Of a DNA stretch of 55,522 bases, positions 29,865 to 37,924 are shown piece by piece. The notes under the pieces were generated by a model. The model saw only the letters and a program-made list of their open reading frames with translations. It searched no databases and was not told where the DNA came from. The DNA comes from a virus (Duplodnaviria; Caudoviricetes). Positions within the stretch are counted from its first letter, which is position 1; each line of letters begins with the position of its first letter. Location: the IMG/VR virus record IMGVR_UViG_3300023184_009494, positions 1-55,522 of that record. One strand, written 5' to 3'. A program made the position numbers and the translations under genes.

Positions 29865-31783
29865 TTTGTAGGCTCCGTTACATTGACTTTAATATGTGGA
29901 ACAACTTGTCCACGCCACTTAGAGTGGAATATCCATCCACCTGTTTTCTCTGAAAATTCTGATGCTCTCTCTTCTATCATTTCATTTGTAACTTGAGACC
30001 AAGGAACATCAAACATCATATTTGATTCTGCAGTATCTTCAAGAGACTTATTAAAAAGAGAATTCCAGTGTTTTGTCCAATAATCTCGATATAGTCTCAT
30101 TTTTCTTGGAATATTATGCCACGAATAATGATGTACTCCTGGTAGATTTTGAATAACAGCATTAAACCACTGTTCATACTTTTGAAGTGATTCAGCGTTA
30201 CCATTGATGGCCGATTGACGAATAGCTTCTGATTCACTTGTATGAAATGTGACATGAGGAAGTCTATTTCCTGTATTTTTGTCTATCATATCACAACCAT
30301 CTGTTCCTTCAGCGGCATAGACATCTCCATTGGAGTCGACTCTTCTTAAATCTGATGGAATTCCATGCGTAATATGAGGAGCATTTTTACTAAGTCGCCA
30401 TTTCCACGGCTGAATATCTGCTCTTACTTTATTAGAGCCTCCCCAGTATTCAATTACGGGAAGAGAAACAATATCAATATTGTTTGGAATTTTTTGACAG
30501 AGATCAATTATTTTTGGAGCATCTAGCTCATGAACTACTTCATCAGAGTCCATCTGCCAGCAGAAATCACTTGTGCACATTGAACGAGCGGCTGCCTTTT
30601 GTGCACCATCAAATACTGCATGTCTTGGATGATTCCAATCTCTTGGAACAATTTTAATCTTTACTTTTTCATTGTCAGGAGTATTAAATTCTTCTGCTAT
30701 GCTTGAAAGCTTTTCATATGTTCCATCTGTGCTTCCTCCGTCAACAATGCAGACCTCATCACAAAAACGAATCATTGACCTAATGCATTGCTCAAAAGGA
30801 TACTCCTGTTTAATGCAATTGTATGCAGTTGTATAGCCGCTAATAGTTATTTTATGATTCATAATTAGCTTTATTGATTTCCAAAATAATTCTGGTGCTG
30901 AATAGAGATATTCATGAATATCTTGCAAATTATTGGTATTGAACCATTCCTCATTTGCATGTTGAACATTTTCATTAAGTTCAAGTTTGCAACCTAAAAG
31001 CTTCGCTTCAATAACCATACGAGGGCATGTATCGGCTCCTGTTGGAAGATAAACGAAACCTTCGGCGTGGGCGAGCTTATCAAGAATTTGATCATATGGA
31101 AGATTCCATACAACTTCATATTGTTTTTTATTTTTCTTGCACCAATCTTCAGCTTGAGAAAAACCCTTAACCCAAGAAGTTGAACCAAGAACCAGCCAAC
31201 CTTGTCTAACATTAGATGAAGTAGAGGCTTGGTCTCGCAACCACTGGATGGTTCCTAAAGTATTCTTTGAAAATACGGAGGATAGAACAACATTATCTTT
31301 TTCCAATAAAAACGGAAACAAGCTAGTGTATCTGTTCTTTTGTCCCTCTGACATCCACCATAAGCTTGTAGATCCATAATAGAAAGCTGAAATTATTTTT
31401 CCGCTAATATTTTCGGCACAATCACAAGAATTTCCTGTGGCTGATTCATGTTTCTCTGGAGATCTATATTTGCAATATTTGTAATCATATTCAAGAACTG
31501 AATATTTTAGATTTGCAACAATGCTGGGGATAAGTTCGAAATTAATTTGCGAAAAGTTTCCAAATATCCAGAATTTATCTTTACCCTGCTGAAGAGTAGC
31601 AAGGTTTACATTTCTAGAAAGAATTTTTTGAACTTTAAATGGAGATTCCGAAATTAAAGCTTCAGTAGTAAGCTCGGCTCCTCCTACATAATCCTCTAAA
31701 AACATATCAGATACAAATATAATTTCAGCTGATTGATCTATTTGCTGATTAGGATTAATAAATATATTTTCTTTAAAGTTCAT
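29861..31783 (-). CDS. Two-domain glycosyltransferase (N-terminal GT-B-like fused to C-terminal GT2)
   Basis: N-terminal half has GGAELT and DTCPRMVIEAKLLG. C-terminal half has TAYNC, IVDGGSTDGT and WQMDSDE. Confidence 0.85.
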   Translation of the reverse strand: MNFKENIFINPNQQIDQSAEIIFVSDMFLEDYVGGAELTTEALISESPFKVQKILSRNVNLATLQQGKDKFWIFGNFSQINFELIPSIVANLKYSVLEYDYKYCKYRSPEKHESATGNSCDCAENISGKIISAFYYGSTSLWWMSEGQKNRYTSLFPFLLEKDNVVLSSVFSKNTLGTIQWLRDQASTSSNVRQGWLVLGSTSWVKGFSQAEDWCKKNKKQYEVVWNLPYDQILDKLAHAEGFVYLPTGADTCPRMVIEAKLLGCKLELNENVQHANEEWFNTNNLQDIHEYLYSAPELFWKSIKLIMNHKITISGYTTAYNCIKQEYPFEQCIRSMIRFCDEVCIVDGGSTDGTYEKLSSIAEEFNTPDNEKVKIKIVPRDWNHPRHAVFDGAQKAAARSMCTSDFCWQMDSDEVVHELDAPKIIDLCQKIPNNIDIVSLPVIEYWGGSNKVRADIQPWKWRLSKNAPHITHGIPSDLRRVDSNGDVYAAEGTDGCDMIDKNTGNRLPHVTFHTSESEAIRQSAINGNAESLQKYEQWFNAVIQNLPGVHHYSWHNIPRKMRLYRDYWTKHWNSLFNKSLEDTAESNMMFDVPWSQVTNEMIEERASEFSEKTGGWIFHSKWRGQVVPHIKVNVTEPTK

Positions 31784-31800
31784 ATTAGCTTATCTCTTAT

Positions 31801-31860
31801 TTAAGCTTAATTTAAGAGTAACTAAATCCTAGTTAAAAGCTTAATTTAAGATATTTAAGA
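31801..31860. repeat. 15-bp direct repeats in the divergent intergenic region
   Basis: aagcttaatttaaga at 31803-31817 and 31837-31851, separated by a taacta/tagtta inverted pair (31819-31824 and 31830-31835). Confidence 0.8.
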
Positions 31861-31884
31861 GAGAACTTACTAATACTTGGAGAG

Positions 31885-32460
31885 TTGTACATGACAAAAA
31901 GAACTTTATCTAAGCCTAAAAACTCTTCAATTCCTCCAAAGTCCACAAATGATTCAGGAATGCTTGGAGATATACACAAAAAAATAGCTTCTAGCGCCGC
32001 TCTTAATGGCGGGTTCGATACTCTTCTTTATAAAATAGATAAAATTGAACAAAGTCAGGGACAGCTTGTTACAAATATTGGTAAAATTGAAGAGAATCAA
32101 GGTCACTTAAATGACAAAGTTGATAAAATTCATGAAGCAATATATGATCCGAATGATGGATTATTTTCAAAGATATCTGAAGCAAAACTAGAAAATACAC
32201 AGAAATTTTCTGATGTTGAATCAAAGCTTTCTGAAATCTCTACTTGGAAAAAATATAAAGAGAAATCTGAAGATAAAATTGAGATTCAACACGATGAAGC
32301 AAATATTAAGATTAATACGCTTGAGAGATCTGTAGAATCTTTAGTAAAAAGCAAAACAGCTACTTGGTCTATCTTAAAATGGCTAGGTGTTGCTTTAGGT
32401 GGTGGAGTTCTTACGCTTTGTTTTAAGTGGTTAGAAACACTAATTACAATGAAACACTGA
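31885..32460 (+). CDS. Coiled-coil protein with C-terminal transmembrane helix (likely start ATG 31891)
   Basis: Heptad-like KIDKIEQSQGQL / NIGKIEENQGHL internal repeat and WSILKWLGVALGGGVLTLCFKWL. Confidence 0.7.
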   Translation: MYMTKRTLSKPKNSSIPPKSTNDSGMLGDIHKKIASSAALNGGFDTLLYKIDKIEQSQGQLVTNIGKIEENQGHLNDKVDKIHEAIYDPNDGLFSKISEAKLENTQKFSDVESKLSEISTWKKYKEKSEDKIEIQHDEANIKINTLERSVESLVKSKTATWSILKWLGVALGGGVLTLCFKWLETLITMKH

Positions 32461-32487
32461 TAAACTTATATTGTACAGTGTTATTTC

Positions 32488-33636
32488 ATGGTACAGATAA
32501 AAGATTCTGATGATTATTTAAATGATATTAAAGATATTCTCAGAAAGAATATCTATGTAAGAAATTCCATATCTTTTAATGATAATAAGTCAGATCTAAA
32601 GACAAAAAGAGGCTTGCAACATTTTTTTGCAATCAAATTTGCCTTACAAGAAAAACAAAAATTATATGAAATAATTTTAGGTCATGCAGCAAGAGCCGAA
32701 AAAGCTAGCCCTGGTGCTGGATTGATTCTTCTTAGCATGTTCTGCGGAGAACAAAAAGAAAATTTAAGCTCTGAATTTGAAATAAAAAATAAAGATGATG
32801 TTATCTTGTCTCTAAAGAGATTAGAGCTCACAAGCAGAAATTTTCAAATACTTCAATCTGTTCTTCAATATTCAACTGTAAATTCTAAATTATCTGTAAA
32901 AAAATCAACTAATCAAACTTCATATATAGAAATAACTGAAGGAAATATTTTTGAAGCAAAAACTCAGATTCCAGTTACTAAACAAGAGCACAGTAACATT
33001 AAAATAATTTGTATTGATGGCTATATTGAATCAGTTTCTGAGATTCATCATGTTCTTGAATATCTTTCTCAAACAAAAGATTCTTGTATTATTTTTTCAA
33101 GAGGGATGTCAGAAGACGTCTTGCATACTATAAAAATAAACAACGATAGAGGATCTTTAAGCTTATTTCCTTACATTATTCCGTTTGACATCGATAATGT
33201 CAATACTTTGGTTGATTTATCTGTAGTAGCCGGATCAGACATTATTTCTAGCTTAAAGGGGAATTTAATATCGTCTATTGATGTTTCGTCAATTAAATCT
33301 GTTGACAAATGCTCTTTATTTAAAGATAAGGTAGTCATAAAAAATGAATCATCTAAACAAAGAATTATTCAACACATTGATCACTTGAAGCGAACAATCG
33401 AAGAAAGACAAAACTTAACTGAAATTATTTCAAACAGAATAAAATCTTTATCATCTTGTTGTATTGAAATTTCTCTTGCAGATGATATTAATTTTTACTC
33501 TTGTTCTCAGCAAATTGACGAAGGAATAAGGGTCATATCGGCTATAATGAATAAAAACTACAACAACTATAGCGTTTCAAAAGATCATCTTATTGTTTTA
33601 GAAAAAACTCTAGATGACCTTTGCGGCATTAATTAG
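32488..33636 (+). CDS. Divergent GroEL/Cpn60-like protein
   Basis: IICIDGYIESVSEIHHVLE...CIIFSRGMSEDVLHTIKINNDRG...LVDLSVVAGSDIISSLKG aligns by eye with the GroEL apical domain. No GDGTT motif. Confidence 0.7.
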   Translation: MVQIKDSDDYLNDIKDILRKNIYVRNSISFNDNKSDLKTKRGLQHFFAIKFALQEKQKLYEIILGHAARAEKASPGAGLILLSMFCGEQKENLSSEFEIKNKDDVILSLKRLELTSRNFQILQSVLQYSTVNSKLSVKKSTNQTSYIEITEGNIFEAKTQIPVTKQEHSNIKIICIDGYIESVSEIHHVLEYLSQTKDSCIIFSRGMSEDVLHTIKINNDRGSLSLFPYIIPFDIDNVNTLVDLSVVAGSDIISSLKGNLISSIDVSSIKSVDKCSLFKDKVVIKNESSKQRIIQHIDHLKRTIEERQNLTEIISNRIKSLSSCCIEISLADDINFYSCSQQIDEGIRVISAIMNKNYNNYSVSKDHLIVLEKTLDDLCGIN

Positions 33637-33672
33637 TGTGTTTTTATTTACTTCCTCAACGCTAGTCTTACT

Positions 33673-33915
33673 TTGTTTACAGGTGACCAAATGAATTCAG
33701 TTGATAAAATTTCTCGCGAATCAAAAGTTCTTCTAGATGATGCTAAGGATGTTTTTGCTGCAAATCTTGTAAATGCTGTTCGAGCAAAGACAATAGTAGT
33801 TGATGAATCTCAGCTACCTGCCGTAATAAATCTATTGAATATTTCATTAGATGAATCTTTTCAAAGAGCTCTTCCATTTTTTCAGAGAACAATAAAAGAA
33901 CACGTAAAGAAATGA
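33673..33915 (+). CDS. Hypothetical protein (likely start ATG 33691)
   Basis: ORF coupled by ATGA to the next gene. Confidence 0.6.
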   Translation: MFTGDQMNSVDKISRESKVLLDDAKDVFAANLVNAVRAKTIVVDESQLPAVINLLNISLDESFQRALPFFQRTIKEHVKK

Positions 33916-34376
33916 AAGGACAGCTTCACCTAATTAAATGTAGGTGTATTCTTCCTCAGTTTAAAGGACGGCAAAACCCTCCTGTACATCAGTTTGTAAC
34001 TTTTTCAATTATAAATGATGATGATACAGTAAAATCAAAATATGCTCAGTGTAATAATTGCGGAACTATTCACAAGATTATTGACATATGCAGTTCTGAA
34101 ATATTGCCTGGAAAAGAATCTGCTTCTTCAATTATTAGTATTGATGACATAAAGGTTTCACTTCCGCCTAATCTTGTCAATATTTTAGAAAGAAATAATT
34201 CTGAACTTTATGCATGGGAACAAGCTCAATTTATTATTGAAAATAAGAGCTGGGGAGAATTTGTTATCTTGGCTCAAGAAGAAGAAGCCGGTACTAAGCA
34301 AGGAAAATATGTTAGAATAATGAGCGAGACTTTCTTTAAAGTTGACTCATTCACCAGAGAAGATATTTTATCCTAG
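33912..34376 (+). CDS. Hypothetical protein with putative Zn-binding Cys (CRC, CNNC)
   Basis: HLIKCRC and AQCNNCGTIH. Confidence 0.65.
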   Translation: MKGQLHLIKCRCILPQFKGRQNPPVHQFVTFSIINDDDTVKSKYAQCNNCGTIHKIIDICSSEILPGKESASSIISIDDIKVSLPPNLVNILERNNSELYAWEQAQFIIENKSWGEFVILAQEEEAGTKQGKYVRIMSETFFKVDSFTREDILS

Positions 34377-34387
34377 AAAAATAAATC

Positions 34388-34654
34388 ATGATTCAAGATA
34401 ATCAATTAAATCTATATGGGGAGATGCAGTCTGAAAAACTAGCAGCAGACAACAAAGTCTCACATCAGATAGTTTCTGAAATTAATCAATTTGGCATTAA
34501 TGATAGACAAAGATGGTTGATAATTTATCGACTTGCTCTAGAGTTTGAAAATGTTCAAGATATGAAAGAATTATCTTCCTTTGTAAAAGAAAAAAAGGGA
34601 AGCGAAATATTCATTTCAAAAATTTATAACTTAAACAAAGAAGAGGAAATCTAA
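34388..34654 (+). CDS. Hypothetical protein, 88 aa
   Basis: ORF coupled by TAATG to clpP. Confidence 0.6.
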   Translation: MIQDNQLNLYGEMQSEKLAADNKVSHQIVSEINQFGINDRQRWLIIYRLALEFENVQDMKELSSFVKEKKGSEIFISKIYNLNKEEEI

Positions 34655-35262
34655 TGGGACGATCAGTTCAAGTAACCGCAGAGCTCTCTAGGAATTCTCA
34701 GAAAAATAACTCAGAAGAGTCATTTCAGGCACTGAATGTTCATTCAGGCGACTCATCAAGATTAGTTGTTCTTCATGGTGATGTAAATGAGTCATCAATT
34801 TCAATGGTTGTTGCTCAATTGCTTCATCTTGCTTCTCAAAATCACAAACCTATTCATCTAGTTATATCAACATATGGCGGCTCTGTTGATGAGATGTTTA
34901 CTCTCTATGACACAATTAAATTTCTTCCTTGCCCAATTCATACAATAGCTCTTGGAAAAGTTATGTCAGCCGGTGTGCTCTTGCTTGCTTCAGGGGCAAA
35001 AGGGCATAGAATGATCGGTAAGTCAGCAAGAATAATGATACATCCAGTTTCAGGCGGTGCTGTAGGAAATATTTTTGAAGTAATTAATGATACAAAAGAG
35101 CAAAAAAGACTTCAAGACCAAATGGTTGATGCAATAGTAAAAGAAACAAAAACATCAAAGTTGAAAATTGAAACAATTATGAAAACAGGTCACGATGTGT
35201 ACCTTCTTCCTGATGAAGCTATTAAGCTAGGAATTGTAGACAAGATCATCGGTGAAGATTGA
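34654..35262 (+). CDS. clpP: ClpP-family serine protease subunit
   Basis: ISTYGGSV, LGKVMSAGVLLLASGAKGHR (Ser), IMIHPV (His) and HDVYLLPDEAIKLGIVDKII (Asp). Confidence 0.93.
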   Translation: MGRSVQVTAELSRNSQKNNSEESFQALNVHSGDSSRLVVLHGDVNESSISMVVAQLLHLASQNHKPIHLVISTYGGSVDEMFTLYDTIKFLPCPIHTIALGKVMSAGVLLLASGAKGHRMIGKSARIMIHPVSGGAVGNIFEVINDTKEQKRLQDQMVDAIVKETKTSKLKIETIMKTGHDVYLLPDEAIKLGIVDKIIGED

Positions 35263-35309
35263 ATTTGTAATTATGAAAACTTAATCAGCATTAGGTATAG
35301 TGTGAAGCT

Positions 35310-36962
35310 ATGCCACTTCATGAATATGAAAAGTATTTTCCTTTTCCTAGTATTCGACCTGAACAAAAAAAAGCAATAGAATTTGCTTTGGACTCTTATG
35401 AATCTGGGAAAAAGTATGTCATTCTAGAGCTCTCTACAGGTGTTGGTAAATCGGCTACAGGCATTACTATAGCACGATATATGGAAGCTCATGCTCCACC
35501 TGTAAGAAATGAAGATGGTGAGCTAATGACTGGCGCTTATGTCATTACAACTCAAAAGATTCTTCAAGAACAATATATGAATGATTTTGGTCCTCAGTCA
35601 GGGAAAGATTTGATAAGGACAATTAAATCATCAACAAACTATAGATGTAAATTTTATTCTGATCAGACTTGCTCTGAATCAAAAAGAGTACTTGCTAAAC
35701 TTGGTAAGCAGCTTAATGGAACTGAATTTCAGAAACAATGTAAAAATGAATGCACTTATAGTCTTGAAAAGCAAGATTTTATCAATTCGCCTATATCGAT
35801 AACCAATTTTTCTTATTTTTTGGCTGAAACAACTTATGCAGGAAAACTAGAACCAAGGGCTCTTCTTATCGTAGATGAGTGTCATAATACAGAATCAGAA
35901 ATTGGAAAATTTGTTGAAGTTACATTTTCTGAAAAATTTGCTCGAGATGCTCTAAAGTGCAAAATTCCTAAGCTTGATTCTCAGCAAGCTGTTTTTGATT
36001 GGATTAAATCAGGATATAAAAAGTCTCTTTCAAAGTATGTAAAAGATCTTGAAAAAAATCTTGCAAAACTTTCTGGAGACATTGAAGGTTATGGCGATTA
36101 TTCAAAACAATATGAGATGCTAGAGAAGCATATTGGAAAAATTGAACAATTTGTCGAAGTATACAAAGAAGATAATTGGGCTATGAATATTGTGTACCCA
36201 CAAGAAGGAAACAGGCGTGGGGCAAGAAAATTCGAATTTAAACCAATTGATGTTTCTCTTTACAGTCAAAAGACTTTTTTTAGAAATGGTGCTAGACTTC
36301 TTATGATGTCAGCAACCGTTGTTGACAAAGATGTTTTCTGCGCATCTATTGGATTGCCTGCAAGTGAAGTAAGTTATCTTAGAATTCCTTCGCCATTTCC
36401 TGTCAAAAATAGACCAATTCATTGTCTGCCTGTCGGAAGCATGTCAAAAGATTCAATTGATAAATCTCTACCAGTTCTTGTAGAAGCCATTAAAATGCTA
36501 ATGGAGAAACATCCAAATGAAAAAGGAATTATTCATTCAACAAATTATAAGATTTCAAAATATCTTCAAGAAAATATAAAATCTAATAGAATTCTATCTC
36601 ATGATTCTTCAAATAGAGATATAGTTTTAAAAAAGCACATTGAATGCTCTGAGCCAACTATTTTGCTTAGTCCTTCTATGATGGAAGGAGTAGATCTTGC
36701 TGATAAATCAAGTAGATTTCAAATATTGTGTAAAATCCCATTTCCTTATCTTGGAGATCTTGTTATTAAGAAAAGAATGGAGCGCAATAAGCTGTGGTAT
36801 CCTTATATGACTGCCAAATTAATCATTCAATCTTTTGGAAGATCAATCAGAAATGAAAAAGATTATGCCGTCTCATATATATTAGATTCAGATTGGCAAA
36901 GATTCTATTCAAGAAATATTACCATGTTTCCAGAAGAGTTTAGGCAGTCATTCACGTCATAG
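35310..36962 (+). CDS. DinG/Rad3-family SF2 DNA helicase
   Basis: RPEQ (Q motif), STGVGKS, IVDECH, MSAT, MMEGVDL, KIPFPYL and QSFGRSIR. Four Cys in the Fe-S region. Confidence 0.92.
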   Translation: MPLHEYEKYFPFPSIRPEQKKAIEFALDSYESGKKYVILELSTGVGKSATGITIARYMEAHAPPVRNEDGELMTGAYVITTQKILQEQYMNDFGPQSGKDLIRTIKSSTNYRCKFYSDQTCSESKRVLAKLGKQLNGTEFQKQCKNECTYSLEKQDFINSPISITNFSYFLAETTYAGKLEPRALLIVDECHNTESEIGKFVEVTFSEKFARDALKCKIPKLDSQQAVFDWIKSGYKKSLSKYVKDLEKNLAKLSGDIEGYGDYSKQYEMLEKHIGKIEQFVEVYKEDNWAMNIVYPQEGNRRGARKFEFKPIDVSLYSQKTFFRNGARLLMMSATVVDKDVFCASIGLPASEVSYLRIPSPFPVKNRPIHCLPVGSMSKDSIDKSLPVLVEAIKMLMEKHPNEKGIIHSTNYKISKYLQENIKSNRILSHDSSNRDIVLKKHIECSEPTILLSPSMMEGVDLADKSSRFQILCKIPFPYLGDLVIKKRMERNKLWYPYMTAKLIIQSFGRSIRNEKDYAVSYILDSDWQRFYSRNITMFPEEFRQSFTS

Positions 36963-37014
36963 GTTTACTTTTTACATATTAGCAATATATTATTCTTAGA
37001 AGGATGTAATTTAA

Positions 37015-37221
37015 ATGTCAGATAATGCAATTCTATTAAAGTGGTCTGAAATAAAGTCTCTTGTTGAGTCGCTTGAAGTTGATGTAGCAAAGAATGCTCG
37101 CGGCGTTGCCGCCGCAGGAGTTAGAGCAAGAAAAGGCCTAAGGCTTCTTCAGGCAACTGCGAAGCAACTTGTAAAACTTACTCTTGAGGCTGATAAAACA
37201 GTCTCACCTGACAAGGAATGA
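37015..37221 (+). CDS. Histone H1-like Hc1-family small basic protein
   Basis: DVAKNARGVAAAGVRARKG resembles the Hc1 KGNKAAGxRARK motif. AGAAGGA upstream. Confidence 0.7.
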   Translation: MSDNAILLKWSEIKSLVESLEVDVAKNARGVAAAGVRARKGLRLLQATAKQLVKLTLEADKTVSPDKE

Positions 37222-37241
37222 TTTTAAATATCTAAGAACTA

Positions 37242-37270
37242 TAAGGCTCTTTTATTTTGATTGAGCCTTA
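37242..37270. terminator. Hairpin downstream of the Hc1-like gene (possible terminator or processing site)
   Basis: 8-bp inverted repeat taaggctc (37242-37249) / gagcctta (37263-37270). Long loop and no clear U-tract. Confidence 0.35.
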
Positions 37271-37292
37271 AGTCGTACTAATAAGAGGAAAA

Positions 37293-37628
37293 ATGAGACA
37301 AGAAGAAAGACAGCGGCGCGTCATTGCATACAAACAAGAACAGGAAGCACTACAGCCTCAGGTGCAGCAATTACAACCTGCTGTTATATATGAAAGAAAA
37401 GTCGAAGAGGCTGTTGTAGTAGACGATAAAAAGGCTAAAATAGAAGAAGTTTTAGAATATGCAAATAATGTTTCTGAAATAGAAACTAATTTGAGCAAAG
37501 AAGAATCTTTAGAAACAGTTGTTGAGACTGTTTATGAGCTTGAAGAAAAGAAAGAGCTAGCTGAAGTTTCAGTTTCAAGTGAAACTTCATTAATTGATGA
37601 AAAAACAAAAAAGAAAAAGAAGACTTAA
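37293..37628 (+). CDS. Hypothetical Glu/Lys-rich low-complexity protein
   Basis: GAGG RBS upstream. 111-aa ORF with a basic KKKKK tail. Confidence 0.6.
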   Translation: MRQEERQRRVIAYKQEQEALQPQVQQLQPAVIYERKVEEAVVVDDKKAKIEEVLEYANNVSEIETNLSKEESLETVVETVYELEEKKELAEVSVSSETSLIDEKTKKKKKT

Positions 37629-37888
37629 AGGATAAAGTTTCTTATTTTTTGGTAAATATTCTTTTCAATTTGACAGATTCTCATTCTTGTCAATCCGTAT
37701 ATTTTTCCAATTTCACGCAATGTTAGTGGACCTTTTTGCGTTGTAATTAAGACGCAATTTTTACCTATTGGATGATTTATCCACTGTTTACAACTTTGTC
37801 TTTGACATGTTGACTCATATTTTTCAACAGCTTCATAACAGGTGGTTTGAATAACTTTCAAATTAGTCTTTTGTTTAGATTTATGCAT
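37625..37888 (-). CDS. Stand-alone sigma-70 region 4 HTH protein with N-terminal Cys cluster
   Basis: LTLREIGKIYGLTRMRICQIEKNIYQKIR matches sigma 4.2 (TLEEVG..FxVTRERIRQIE.KAL.KLR). Preceded by four Cys. Confidence 0.85.
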   Translation of the reverse strand: MHKSKQKTNLKVIQTTCYEAVEKYESTCQRQSCKQWINHPIGKNCVLITTQKGPLTLREIGKIYGLTRMRICQIEKNIYQKIRNFIL

Positions 37889-37924
37889 CTTGTCTATGTG
37901 TTATATTTTGTCTAAGAACCAAGT

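Noticed and set aside
14387-31783. Bacterial O-antigen/capsule locus, or eukaryotic giant-virus origin
   Set aside because: No wzx/wzy/wzm/wzt or priming transferase, and the block is coupled to phage sigma and baseplate genes. Operon-style overlaps, DnaG primase and sigma factors point to a bacteriophage.
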